Shown here piece by piece: positions 13,188 through 27,600 of a stretch of 64,000 bases of DNA. Source of the stretch: Auanema rhodensis. Taxonomy: Eukaryota; Animalia; Nematoda. The DNA lies in the NCBI GenBank assembly GCA_964057225.1, contig OZ059897.1, positions 12,214,001-12,278,000 on the forward strand, given 5' to 3'. Position 1 is the stretch's first letter. Each line of letters opens with the position of its first letter. Position numbers and translations under genes: made by a program. The notes under the pieces were generated by a model. The model had not been told where the DNA came from, made no database searches, and worked only from the letters and a program-made list of their open reading frames with translations.

Positions 13188-15263
13188 TCTTTTTCAATCT
13201 ATCTATTTCATGTAATTCTCCCTTTTTATCCTTTCTTTGTTTCACCTCATTCATTAAAATAGATTTCAAATACACACTATAACTTATATTACTCGAAGCA
13301 GAATGATCCAGATTCTTATACAGTTCTCAAACAAGGTTTTCTTGGGTGTCAATCACATAAAAAACTTATTGAAACCTTTGCTTTATAATTTGAATATCAA
13401 TGTTTTTTAGTTAAGTTGTAGGTTTTTCTTTGATTAGTTGAATCATGTAACAACTTTCCTTATATTCAATTTTAGTTTAAAATTTTACAATTCTATCGTA
13501 GCCATATGATTAGTTTGGACCAATTCCATTGATTGTTTTTCTCATTTCTTTTAAGATTTTTAATCTTTTTTCTAAGAACTGAACAAGTTTTCCTTTAGCA
13601 TCTTACGCAGTACACTGATAAACATGAAACAAGTTGGTAGCAAATTTAATTTTCGAATTATTTCAATTTTCATATAAAATTTTTTGTATATTTTCTATAA
13701 TTTGTAAAGCTTTTCATAATTCATTTAATAGCATTTAGCAATATTTCTTTTAAGCAATTATTTCAATAAAAGACAGTTTAATAGATTGAAAAGAGGATTG
13801 ACTCTTTATCCGTTTCTTATTTTGATTAGATTTCTTGTTGAACATTTAGAGAGGCAAACGAGTTTTTTTCATCCCAAAACCATAGCAATGCAGCAGTCCT
13901 TCGCCATCTTCATCAGCATTCTCTCCTCACTAACCTGATGATTGTTTAACTGATGACAATAAGAAGAAACCTCAATTCTTTTATTGAAAGACTGTCCGCA
14001 ATCAGGGAGTAAATGAAAATTTTCCAGAATATTTAAAGGATCAGCTGATGAGAAATTGATGATGAGTGATGATAAATTAGTTATCCAAATTGGATTTTTG
14101 TATTTACACATATTCATCGAAATTCAATTTATAATTTGTATTAAAATACTTTTTCATATATATAGATACCTAGATAGGCAGATAGATTTTTATAAAAAAA
14201 GGGAAACGAAGGTCTTTTTTTATCGGAACGACCTCATAAGAACTATATGAATCATCCAGTTTATACAATTGAATTTTCTTTTTTTTTTTGAACATTTTCT
14301 CAAATAAAGTCAAGGTTGATAAGCATATTCTCATGTTTTCCCTCATTTTTATAAATGTTGTACCTGGAAAGAAACAGCCATTTCAACTGTTTCTCATTCT
14401 ACCTATTCAACCTTCTTCAAATATACCTAGTTTCTTACTTTTTATATTACAAAAATGTCCTTTTTTCTTAAGCAAACTTCACAAAAATCATTTCAATCAT
14501 TTGTTTGCCTTTACGACACTACATAGAGCATGCCCCTCCTTGACCAAACTAAGCTTATACCTCTTCAAAAGCTGTTCATAACTTCTTATAATTATTTTCT
14601 GAATTTTTTTTCGTTTAGTTTTTAGTTCATTTTTCATTTATAATGTTATAAAATAGGAAAATGTTAGCAAAAAAATATTTTCGGCTCTTCAAACTAGTAG
14701 GTAACTCAAGATTGAATTATGTGCAATAATATATAAGATAGGAACTGAGTCATATGTCAACAGTTTGAAGAGAAACACTATTATGAAATAATTTTTTAGT
14801 CACTTTAATGATATATATATATATATTATATATTATTATTTATATAATATATTATGTTAAAAAAAATATTTTTCTTTTTATTTAGCAATATTCATTAATT
14901 TATTTTTATTTTTTTCAATATATTTTTATTAAACTAAAACACAATTCTTAAATGAAATAAATTCTTGTATTGTTTCATATCATAAATCAATGTAATTATA
15001 CGTGAAATTTCACGTAGATCATGTTACATCATTTCATTTATTTTGTATCTGCACACATAGAACGGTTGTATTCTCTATGTTAGTTCTTCCTAATTATTCA
15101 ATTAAATTACAAAAGAAATTATTATGTTTCTTCTTGCTCATTGAGGCTTTCACCTATTTATCTTCTGTTTATTACTACTTTTCATCGAGGTCCTTATGTC
15201 TATATGTGTGTATACATATACATGTCCCCATGAAGAAGACGAGTCAAACACTATCGTTCAGGG

Positions 15264-15268
<5 letters not shown>

Positions 15269-15300
<32 letters not shown>

Positions 15301-15341
15301 CTCTCTCTCTCTTTATTTCTCTCTCTCTATCTCTTTCTCTT
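15269..15341. repeat. Imperfect (CT)n tract upstream of melted
   Basis: CT-rich run directly before a GC-rich island (15410-15620). Confidence 0.9.
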
Positions 15342-17056
15342 TCTTACTCCCTATTTCTCTCACCAACCTACATCTATATCGTCTTTTTTTCTTTTTATCT
15401 CTTTCTTTTTCGGTTCCACCTTTACAGAGGCCGACTGTCCGTTCACCACCCACGGCCCTGGGTGGCCTCGCTTATCTTGTCTCCTCGCTCATCACGTAGC
15501 ATACTATTTTGTCTTTATGTCTGACCAGCTTGTCGATCGATGCGATCAGAGAGTCTAAAGGACGAGACTCACCATACAAGGAAGGTAGCACACACATCGT
15601 CAGACAACAGAAACACATACTGCCTCCTTTGCGTTGCCTCTACTTAACTCTTCAGGCTCCTCTCTGCATTGTATTTCCCCGTTTCTCATACTCTCTCTCT
15701 ATCTCTAATTTCTTTTCTCCCAATATTCCCTGTGTTCTTTCTTTCTTTTTCTCTTTCAGATGTAGCAACCTTGCATCGAACATGCTTCTGCTCAATCTTT
15801 TAATCAGCTGAAAAATGTTTATAATCAAATATCTGTTCCTTTTCCCGCTTCCGCAACATTTGCTCAATTTATTTATTTCTTCCCTTTAATTCGTTGTTTT
15901 CAGAATATTTTTTCGTCAAAGTTTTTCCTTATCGATTTCTGTAGAGCTTTTCCCACCAATTACTTTTATTTTGGTCCCTTCTTCCCCATAAGATTTGCTG
16001 TACCAGCTTAAGTTTACTAAACCTAATCTTGTTTCTTTAACGAGAAACGAAACATATTTGTAGGAATTTTGCAGATTCTCAGTTAAAAACTTTTTTTTAT
16101 TTTATTTTCTGCTAACATAAATATATTGTTTTGAATGAATATATAATATTAATAATTACGTAAACAACAAAAAAAAAAAAGAAAAATTGTCAAAAAAACA
16201 ATAGTCATCGTATGTGTGATAGAATGAGTTGTTCCATCGTCAAAAGCAACTGCACCATTTCTTATCAGAATCTTATGCTTCTTACTTCGAGGAGACACTG
16301 TCAACTCTCACCATAACCCGTCTCCCATCATTTTCTTTTTCTCTCTAACACTTATTTATTTCATTTAATCTCTGTATCAAACATTTTCTCCAATTTACAT
16401 ATCATTTTACATCATTATATACTATATATTTCACTATGATATTAAGTCCGTTAAGATGACGTTTTACTAAGAATCACTGTCCTTGTTCCATTCTTCCTCT
16501 TTACTGTCATCTGCTTGACCAATTTTCATTGAATTTTGACATCCTTAGAAATACTAACCTTCTCTTCACAATACCTATTAGAATCTCAATTTTCTCAACA
16601 TATTTATTATTAAATACAATAGATTGAATGACTTCAATTACAAGATTTTCTCTAACATTTCGTATTTCTGCTCTCTCACGAAAATACTCATCATTTTAAA
16701 AATTCATGTTTTTCGTATTTCTTTCGTGCTTATATCATTTTTATAAGTATTTTTATACGTATATATATAATGATTATGTCTTCTTTTTATATTTTATTGA
16801 TTATACATTTATGAAATTAAAACTAAAAATATAAATTTTATAATCAATGTATTTCCATCACAACTATCTTGTTGTCCGATCACTGTACATACATGCATAC
16901 GTCGTTTGAATCATGAACTTATCAATATATTTATATTCATTTTGCTCTCTGTTCATTATTTTTTTATATTCATTCATTCATTTATTCATTCATTTTTTTA
17001 AAAAAAATTGTTATAAAGTAATTACAGGTGGGCTCCGCAGCCCGGCTTCATAGCCC

Positions 17057-19667
17057 ATGCACTCGCTGCTCAGTCGGGTACTTGAGCAACGCCAACTCAA
17101 CTCGGCTGGTCAACTATTTGCAATTAATGATTATGATGTAATTACAGACTTGGTTAGTTTAATGTTATTCAAAAATTTTGAAATAATAATAATAATATAT
17201 GGTTATTAGAACGGTAAAGATCAAAAGCCAATGTAATAAGAGTTTTGTATCTTAAACCGTTTTTTTCGTTTAACTTTATCATTATTTTATCTGAAACAGA
17301 CGTCATACATACATATCGGACACACTAGCATGTTGCTAAACGTTTTCTTTTTTCTTCTTCTTCTTCTTCTTCTTCTTTATCTTTTATAAATTCAAATATT
17401 TGATAAGTTCTAAACTCTTTTTAGGATTATATACACTACTAAACAAACTTTTTACATTTCTTCAAAGTTTCAACATTTTTCTTCCTTAGTCGTGTTTTTT
17501 TGTGATCGTGTATGCACACATCAGCATAATCTAACCTGTTATCTGCTCTCCAAGAAAACCAAGAAAACCAATTGTGTGCTCATAAATCATGATACCAATC
17601 CAACTTTATTTCCAGCTTATTTAGTTTACCGTACCTCATCTGTTTATATTTTGTTTTTATATATTAATGATGAGTATCAAATATTTCAATTGAAAACATC
17701 AAAATAATATTTTATAATTATAAAAAAATATTTTAAATTATATTATAATCATTTCAGCATACTGCATTTCAATGTATAAAGGATATTTTCAATAGTTGTG
17801 AGTATGTGGATAATAGAATTGATCAAAGTGTAGTAGAAATTGTTATTGCTCGAATAACAGCAGCTATAAGGTTAGGACTGTTTTTAATTTTTTTTTTCTT
17901 CAAAAATTTTGGGAAAAAAGCACATCCCTTCTGGTAGTTTTTAGACAAACAATCATGCAAACCCTTTCTTCTTCTTCTTTTTTTTTTGTTTTTTCGCGAT
18001 TAATTTCAGTTCAAATAATTCTTTTATCTGTTTTTTTTTAGTTTTAGATCAACGCTTCCTTCCTATATTTCAGATAAAAAACTGAATTTATTTTCAGAGA
18101 AACTGGAAGTATTGAGACTTATTCAGCTGAACTGGTCGATGTTCTGGATATTTGTTTACAACATAAAATGACAACATTAGATGACAATGGAAAATATGTG
18201 GATAGCCCTCATTGTAAAATAGCTAATGATCTGCTGAGCAGTTTATTTCTTGTAAGTTATTATTCAATTTTTAATAAACATATATGTATATGTTTTCAGC
18301 ATTACAGTAAACGAAGTGTTATGACATTAACATTACCTGTTGCAATAAAGGTATATAAACTATATTTCTTTAAATTATTTAATTTATATATGAAATATTA
18401 TTAAATATTAATCAATTTTGATTATATATTTAACTGTATTCTTTTATTTAATATTTTAATGTTATTCTTATTTATAATTTATGTTATAAAATGATTTTAA
18501 ATTTGTAAAAATACTTTTAGGCTCTTGGCTGTTCTAATCAGGATTTGGTTCGCAATGTGACAAGCTATATATCATTAGCTGCTATTCATAATGGAAAAAC
18601 TTTGTCTAATTATGCTATCGATATCATATCTCATGTCATCAAAGGTGAATATTATAATTTATAATTTATATATTCTCAGTCTTCAGGCAATTACAGTTTG
18701 CTTCGTGTTCTTCCTCAAATATATCCGGATAATCGTGAGCCATTTCATGCTCATCTCTCACCTTTAATGGCCGTACTTGATGAATATTCAGCTGATTGTT
18801 CAGAGAAATTATCATTATTGCAATTAGCAAGTTTATTAGCAAATTATAAGCCAGAGGTATAGCAATTTGTTTTATTTCTCGTTAATTCTTTTAATTCTTT
18901 TTAGTTGTTGATACCATATTTGCCTCAATTTGAGAAATTTTTGAGATCTCCATCAACATGTACGGCTGTAATTAATATATTTATGTCATTAGTATCTCAA
19001 GGAAAAGCTGAATTATTGGCAAATTCTTTGACATACCTTCGTAAGGTATTAATTAAATTTCATTTTATACATAGAATATTTATATTTTCTTAGATTTCAA
19101 CTGATCCCGAATTTGCTGGTAGTATTGGTACAATTGTTAAAGTAATAAAAAAATTCTTAATTATATTCTATAAATATTTATAAATTATTATAGATAATTG
19201 GTAATATTGGACGTGTTTCACTACCATTAGCTTCACAGTGCGTTGATGATCTCATTAAATGTGCTCGAACAGCTGATTCATCTCTACTTTGTACTGTATT
19301 AAGTGAAATTGAAGGTTTGTACAATATTTTATTTAAACGTAAACAAATAAAAAAAAGCGAAACAAGGCTATCTAAGAAGATGAACAAAGAAATTTGTTTT
19401 TTTTTTGTTTCGAGAAAAGCTTTCGTAATAACTAACGACATACTTTTTCGTTCACGAGTAACATAGAGGCGTTATTTGTCTATTAGAACCACTGTTTGCT
19501 ACAAACATATAGACGACGATCTGCTTTTGCCTTATTTGGTTTGTTTGCATATCGGTTAAAGTCTAGAAGCTTTAGAAACAAGCTCGTTCTAAATAGGAAA
19601 AGAGAAAATGACGAACAAGAAATATTTACGTGAGAATATAAGAATATCGAGAGATGATGAGAGAGCA

Positions 19668-19702
<35 letters not shown>

Positions 19703-22700
19703 GAGAGATAAAAATAAACGAGGACGAATGAATAGAAAAGGGAAGAATAGTATTGAACGGCGTCATTCTTGACACTTATTTTACATATTACTCATACGAT
19801 TACTCAGATTTTTCTATTCTTTCGATCATATTTCTTGATATTAAAGGTTATTTCCAGGTATTGGTGCACTATATCCTACGTGTCTCCGTCCTCATCTGGA
19901 TTGTTTACGTGATCTTAGTACAACAAATACTTCACGTACAGTAGAAAGAATAATTGGTCTAGTTGGGTGAGTTTCATTTCATAATTCATTGAAATTGTCA
20001 CTTTTTTGTGTTTTCAACTGTTTTCTCTCTCTCTCACTCTCTCTTTCTCTCTCTCTTTCTCTCTTTCTTTCTCTCTCTCTCTACACAGCTCTCTTCCTAT
20101 ATTTTAACATTTTTCTTCATCTTTCTATTGATTTACCTCATTATCTTTTTATTTCTGTATTTTTTCTCTTTTTCCTTTTTTTCATCCTGGTCGTGACAAG
20201 TCCATTTTAGTAATCATGGAATGCCACTAACATATATTAACGAAAATTACAATTGTAAAGCAATTCGTATCCTAATTTCAACTTTAATTCTCATCTAAAC
20301 TCAAATTTTATTCAAATATTTGTATTTTAGTGTTTCATCTCAAGCTTCATATAGCAATGCCGATTTTACGGTAATTCGTGTTCCTGATAAGACTTCGTGT
20401 GATTCACTATTGTCTAAAACATCGTTACGATATAACGCAAACGATATCATTACAAGGTATTTTTTCATTTTTCTAACTAAATATTTGAAAAATCGTTAAG
20501 TGGTTCCCGTACCGTCTTCTCTGTCAGTGATTCTGCTGCTGATTGTTCAACTCAGGAATTAGACCGTAATACACATAGTCTGGCAATGCAATATCAAAAT
20601 CGAAGTAGCGGAAGCTTATCCAAGAATCAATCTCGAAGTCATGCCAGTGTTGCTGGAGGGTATGTTTCAGACTAAAAAGATCTTTCGTCCTCATCTTTTT
20701 GCTATGACGGAATTAACATACAAATTTTTGTTCTCAGTAATGCTTTTGACTAATGATCATTATAATTTCTGTTGAATATCAGTCATGCATATGAAAGTAC
20801 TCGTGTACTAACCTTAGTTCATTTGTCTTAAAACTCTAACTTCATTATCCCAACTGCGTTTTTTTACCGGATATTCCCCTATCTTATACTTTCCTGATTT
20901 TTCTCTTATTTTCATCATTGTAGTTATCGATCAACAAGTGAAAATGTAACTATGTCTGGTTCACGTGATCTTTCTGTGTCCGGCTCAGTGGCTGGAGGAT
21001 CAAGTCGTGTTCCAGCTGACTACGTGACACGTCCACCTCCTCAGTATCAACCACCCAAGTCCCAGACTTTGCCTCAAAAATCTTCTGGGTTTTATACAAG
21101 TAACCAGCACATTCAGGTGCGTTGCCCTGACAACTTTCTTTCCCTCTGGTACTATATTGGTTTGTGATTTGTTTTCTTATAGATAGGAAAAGACGGTCGA
21201 GTACGTCCAATTACATCCGGAAGTCGTCGAACTGCCGCACAGTGCTACGAAACCACTTTTCCAGCAAATTCAGGTCCTGTAACAACAACAAAGATGCTTC
21301 CATTAGCTGAGGAAGATGATTGCGAATGCTGGGTAGGAGACTTATGTTGTTTTTTGCAAATATTTTTGTTGATTTTAGGAAAATGGAACTCCTTCATCAA
21401 ATGTGACTGGAAGCACATCAAATGCTCCAGATCGTTCCGATGTTGTTCAACAATTTGTTGATCATCGACGAAATAAAATTCGTCGTTACATCCAAGAAGT
21501 ATCAGGCCGTTTTCCAATACCAATTCAGTGTACAGTAGAAGGATCCAAAAGTAATATTCATATAGTTATATATTAATATATAAGATATAAGTTATAGGCT
21601 CAAAGCATAGAATGCTTGTGCATTTTGCCTGTCAAGCAAGGGCTGAGTATTGCGTTTTCAGTGAAGATTATCTTTTCAATTTCAAAACTAAGCTTCCTGC
21701 TTCTTGGTTACATTTAATGTTTCTACAGGTAGTTCTATCGAGTGTTTTTAAGCAAACAAACATACTAGATGTTAACCTTTTAGATGCAATCCACTTCAAT
21801 TGAATCCACAGGTCATGTGATATCTCAATCATCTGCAGCTTATCTAAAGCTTTCTCATTGTTGGCAATGTCTTCCAACAGCAGTAACAAAGAATAGACCA
21901 TTTGTGACATTAGTAACAAGTGCTTTTCCAACTGTTAAGGTTTTTACTATTATTTTATTTTATTTATTATTATAATTATTAATATTAGGATCAAGATCGA
22001 ATGTTAAAAGAATTGGAACAAGCATCTTTCTTTGATTGTTTCATCTTAGACGGACCATCCAATCGCTGGCAATGCTTCAGTTGTTCTAATCCAGATAAAG
22101 TCAAGTATGAAACTAAATTATCTTCAATTCAATTAAATTTCATCTTTTCTACTTTCAGATCATTTGTTGAAGACGGTGGTTCAGCTAAAGTTCTAGAAGG
22201 ACAATTGAAAGAAAAACGTGGTAGATGGAGATTTGTCCGTCGTTGGCATACCAAATACTTTACACTCTCAAGTGCTGCTTTAACAACAAGTAGTATTAAG
22301 AATCCAGTAAGTATAACTTTTTAAATTATTTATTTTATTTTTAAACTATATATGGATTGTATAATATATTAGATTATTATTCTTATGATTGTTTCAGAAT
22401 AATAATTGGTCTACAACGGGGGGCAATACTAATGCCTTACCAGGCATTGATCTCAAAAATATTCGGTCAGTTCGTTCTCTAAGCAGAGGACGAAAAAATA
22501 GAAAATCTCTCCGACGTGCTTTTGAAATTTTTACTGCTGATAATACTACTGTAGTTTTAAAGGTAATTTTATTTATATATATATATATATATATTATAGT
22601 TTGTACCTATTTTCTTGACTATATGTATATCTAGTATTATGTATTTTCTGTCTTAATACTGACAGTAACCTCTAACCTTCTTTCCAATCCTCCCAAACAT

Positions 22701-22826
22701 CATTTCTTCCACTGAAACCAAAAACAAAAAATTTTTTATTTTTTATAGGCAACCGATGAAAAGAAAGCAGAAGAATGGTTACAATGTTTACAAATTGCTG
22801 TAGCTCATGCAAAACGTGAGAACTAA
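17057..22826 (+). CDS. melt: Melted / VEPH1 (ventricular zone-expressed PH domain protein) orthologue, multi-exon
   Basis: Exon 1 (17057-17152) [32 protein letters not shown] matches the Melted/VEPH1 N-terminus. It continues [23 protein letters not shown] and [13 protein letters not shown], then [10 protein letters not shown] and [10 protein letters not shown], and ends in a PH domain ([25 protein letters not shown]...[41 protein letters not shown]). Joins checked are GT-AG and in frame. Confidence 0.92.
19659..19708. repeat. (GA)n tract in a melted intron
   Basis: GA run on the sense strand, upstream of exon 19858-19966. Confidence 0.95.
20021..20082. repeat. (CT)n tract in a melted intron
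   Basis: CT run on the sense strand, downstream of exon 19858-19966. Confidence 0.95.
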
Positions 22827-24396
22827 GAAAGAATATTTCAAAGTTTTAAAAAGAAAAAAGTTTATTTTCCATGTTCATTATACGGTGTAATCTCAAATCA
22901 CATTCACTTCAAGACATTGTATATTTGATAATGAATCAAAGTTTTTCTTAATTCATAATGATTATATATATATACTGACATATGAATATACTATTCATAT
23001 TGTGTTTTGTTTATGAATCTCTTATTTCAAAAAAAAAAGAAAAGAAAAAAAAACTATAAAACAATCATATGTCTTAATGTATTTCTAATTTCCAGTCATT
23101 TTTCAGAGCTTTTATTATTATTTTAGCAATAGTTGTGATAATAAAATAATTATATATACTATATATACTATATATAATTAAATTTACATTATTATAAATT
23201 GCTTTAGTATCTACTGGATTTCCATATTTCGGTCACACAATGTACCTGCACTGGTTAAGTAGGAAAATATTATTTTATGATTTTTTTGTTTTGTTCCTTT
23301 ATAAACACAGAATAACTAAATAATTTTTCATTTTTGTATTTTTTTTATTTTAATTTATAACAAAAATTATTTTTATTTTAACAAATTGTCCATTAAAATA
23401 TGGAAAATTCATATGAAATCTGATTTCTGTGTATTCATACATATCAATTCATACATTAAGTATTCTACAGATCAAAGTTAAAGTTTTTTTATGTTATTAT
23501 TTTTATATTTTTATTATAATATTTAGTTATTATAATCAGAGGGTGAAAGAAAACTAAATTTGTTTGAAACATTTTCTTTTTTTTTGTGTAAAAAGAAATT
23601 TTTTTCTGTTTTTCTATGTATAACGCTTCAATCTCAAAGATTTGAGTTTGTTACTAAATGGTTCTGAGAGATATGGATAATTACTATGTTCATGTTACTC
23701 GTATAACTAGAATAATAAAGTTATTCTTTGCAAAATCATAGATAGATACGTTTATTTTCCAAACATCATTGCTCAAACTTTAAATTTCGTTATATATACA
23801 TGTATAGTATATGATATGGAAATTCTTTAACTGATACAATATTATTTTTCTCAAAAACTTGACAAGGCTTATTTGAAAAATCAAAACTTTAAACATACGA
23901 GCACTATCAACTATATATATATATATAGTATAAGATATATGTATATAAATAAGTAAGTAAAGATATATTATAAGTACTTTTGAGAAGATCAAATATTTCA
24001 TTTGATGATAAGGTTTTGGATACGTCATATCAATTGTTATCAAAGATTCATTGAAATTATTTCTTTGTAAAATAAAATAAAAATAAAAATTTATTTATTT
24101 TGAAATTATCTTGAAATATACATATAAAGAACACTTACACAAGCTTTTAGTTCTTTTTTTCTTTTTGTTATAATGTTACTTTTACAAAGATTGTTTGAAT
24201 GGCACCCGTTTAGGTGTTTGGACAGTGAGGATGTGTGAGAGAGGGAGGGAATCTGGGGGTCGTATTGATAGATAAGAAAGAATAATTGGAATTTAAGAAA
24301 CATGAAATTACATATTGTATACAGTATTCTCATAATAATATTGATAATAAGGAGATTTTATCTATTAGAAAAATGAATTATCTAATAATGAATATG

Positions 24397-24427
24397 AGGA
24401 GGAGGAGTAGGAGGAGGAGGAGGAGGA
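24397..24427. repeat. (GGA)n trinucleotide repeat in the probable dep-1 3' UTR
   Basis: GAGGAGGAGGAGTAGGAGGAGGAGGAGGAGGA, about 250 nt beyond the dep-1 stop. Confidence 0.85.
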
Positions 24428-24680
24428 TTTTGAAGACAATGGTTATCAAATTATCAAATTTTAATTTGTTTCTTCTGTAATATTGAGTTCACGCAAAAAA
24501 GCACACAAATGACTATTACACTGAAGGACCCGTGTTATAGGAGCATGATCAAGAATAAGGACATAGTATATAAGGTAAATAAGGCGGTCAAATACACAAA
24601 ATCCAACTATAATACACTTGAAAGCATTTTCTCAGTGTTTTTTCATTGAAACAATAAGTGCTCTACTGGTTGTAGCTGTG

Positions 24681-27600
24681 TTAAAAGCCAGATTCTTCAA
24701 TACCCTCATCGTCTTCAAATGCTGGATTCTGATGAATTTCAACAGACGATGGAGATGTAATGGCAGCTTGGTTTAGAGATTGTAAAGCATGAAGTATACA
24801 ATGATGAATAAATATATACTGTTGCTGAAAATATTACAAATATTTTAATAATTTTAATGAAAACTTCAAGTATTTACCTCATTTTGAACCATATGACAAC
24901 GTTCTAAACGCATTTCGTATACGATGCCGTATACATCAATGGGCCTATCCAATTGAATTGTTTGAAGAAGTCGATCTATTGTGATGAATGTACCAGAACG
25001 ACCAACACCAGCACTGTAATTTTTATGTTTTCAGTATTGATAGATATGATTTGAAATAGATAGTACCTGCAGTGAACGATTGTAGGCTTATTATGAGCAG
25101 AATGAGGTAGTTTTGAACGGAACAGACGAACAAAGCGAATAATTCCTTCCGGATGATCAGGAACTCCAAAATCTGGCCAAGCCATGTAATGTAAATGTCT
25201 AAAAATTTTAAGAAATGTATATATAATATCTATGTATTAAGTATGATTTACCTAATAATTCGAGATGGAGATGGATCATTTAACTTCGTTAGACGAAGTT
25301 CTCGTACAGTAAATTCTTCATAATGTGTTTCGCACATTAATGTTACCTTTAATGTATTCAAATATATATATTATACTTTTAAAATAATAGAATTACCTCT
25401 ATATCAGCATAGATTACAGTCATATGCTCAGCATCAGGCCAATATTGATGGCATTTATCTCGTCCCTTTTCAACACATTTGGTTAAAGCAATGATTGAAG
25501 GACATTGCTGCTCCCAAGCCATCTATAAATTGTAAAATATATTTGTTTAATTACTTAATTTGGTACAAGAAATATAAGTTATTGTTATACTAACCTGCCA
25601 GAAGGCATCACGTGTACTAGGAAGTGGACCTTGAGCAGCAATAAACTCACGTCGAGATGAGAATCCCTAAAAATCAGAGAAAATGAAAATTTTATGAAAG
25701 TGCAGAAACAGTATATTTTAAAAATGAAAAATGAAATACTATAACATACCGGCATGTAATTAGCATTTATATAATCTGATCCATCTTCATCGTCAACATG
25801 TATGAGCTTGACTCTTGAATGATCAAATGGAAGAATATTAGTAAACCGATTCTTAGATCTGTTGACAGGAAGATCAGAAGCATGATATGACTGCCCAACA
25901 CCAATGTTTTTTAAACTCTGTAAAAGGACATTTTAGGTAAAGAAAACAAACATCTTACATATTTCAAGTGAAACAAAACTTCAAATTTGATATAAGAAAT
26001 CAAAGATTATTTAAATATTTTGAGTTAAAAAGGGAAGAAATATATTTATACTTATACTATTATATCAAAAAGTCAAAAGATCAACGTGATAATAAACGTG
26101 AAAACTGAACAACTCTCAAATCTCACAGAGTTATCTATCATTGTTTTATCTCTTTTATATATAATTTATTCTTATAAGCTAATATGATATAGGAATCTTT
26201 CTTTTTCTTTTAAAAGTATTCAGTATATCTTTTTCTATTTATACTTTTATAGAAACTAAAAAGAAAAAAAGAAAAGATAGAAAGATGATAAAAGATATAT
26301 CAGTTTTAGCTTTTTTTTTCTTCAAATTTTTAATATTAAACTATGATAGATAAGCATCTTTATAATTACCTCATATTCCTCTGAGAATCGGAATTCTGAA
26401 TCAGCACTCATATTGCGAACGTGGGCATCAAAATCACATTTTCGAACAGGACGACTAAAAATGAATTTTGAACCAATTAATAACTTGATTATCAATTAAC
26501 TAACCTTTTATAAAGATTTGCTCCAGTCATTATAGTATACAAAGGAGTTTTATGAATTGGACCACTTGGTAACCGTTCCAAACGATGATCTACTCCAGTT
26601 CGTTCACGCAAACTTCGACAACTGAAACTTTTCGTTGATAATATATTTTCATTTGACAATATCATTCCGCCAACTTCGTCACTAATATTTCTTAGAAAAA
26701 TAAAAAAAAATAATATTATGAATTGAAAGCTATCAGTTAAATGTAATAATATAGTTACAGTTTATTTCAAAATATTTGCAAAAGTTTAAAATGAAAAAAA
26801 TATTTTTAATAACTTTTCGTTGTTGAACTAGTAATTTAGGAATTCACTATTATTCAGTATTCATACAACAACAAAAAGAAAAATCATGAAATACTTACCG
26901 ACGATGATGACCAAATGTTGGCTGAAGATGGGCACTATTCGGTGCAGCTTGATCACCGTGTGGTGGAACATTCTGTGATCCATCTAATCCTAGCTTAGCC
27001 AGACAGTCGGCTGCCCGTTCCGCCATGATCATCTTGAGAGCTGCCCACTGTGACTCTTTTGCTGAATTTGCTGATGAACTAGACGAGTACGAAGCACTCC
27101 TGAAGATAAAATAGAATAAATTTTATGAATAGAACCATTTGATAATATAGTTTCAGTGAAGTTTGATTATAGAAAGTGAAATGAAAAAGTCTGAGAGAAG
27201 CAAAACTGAGGGTAGTAAGAAGATGAAGAAGATGAAAGCGAAGCAGTGAGCAGGAAATCAGATGATGAATCCGCCTAGGCAGCCATTTCTCGTTTTCATC
27301 TATCCTCCCGTGTACATGCCTCATGTGGGTGGGAGTTGAGGAAAAGAAGATTGAGAGAGTATTATTGAATTGGTCGGCTCCACTCTTCTTCAACAAGTAA
27401 GTCACGGGAGAAGCAAAGTAAAACTAAAAGGGAAGAAAGGAATAACGAGAGAGAGAGAAAGAAAAAGAGAGAAAGATGGAGAGAGAGAGTGAGAGTTAAA
27501 AATTTAGAAAGGATAAGAGAGTATAACAAGCTCTAAAGAGGGTAAAGGATAAGAAGTGGGAGTAGGAGGAAAAGAGGTATAAGCGAAAAGGATGTCAGAC

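Noticed and set aside
12952-13282. ER-repeat and LS-repeat ORFs
   Set aside because: Artefacts of the (CT)n microsatellite.
13860-13910. Minus-strand LLWFWDEKN resembling the mariner VFWDxxG motif
   Set aside because: No supporting upstream or downstream transposase motifs.
15002-15867. Overlapping 71-165 aa ORFs upstream of melted
   Set aside because: Low-complexity CT-rich sequence with no domain or splice support; melted has its own conserved N-terminus and an in-frame upstream stop.
22600-22656. Alternative hydrophobic last exon for melted ([18 protein letters not shown])
   Set aside because: Needs a 37-nt (AT)n-filled intron and would truncate the PH domain; hydrophobicity is expected from T-rich DNA.
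25103-25110. TGAGGTAG let-7-like 5' end (also at 5683)
   Set aside because: Both lie antisense within coding exons with no precursor hairpin.
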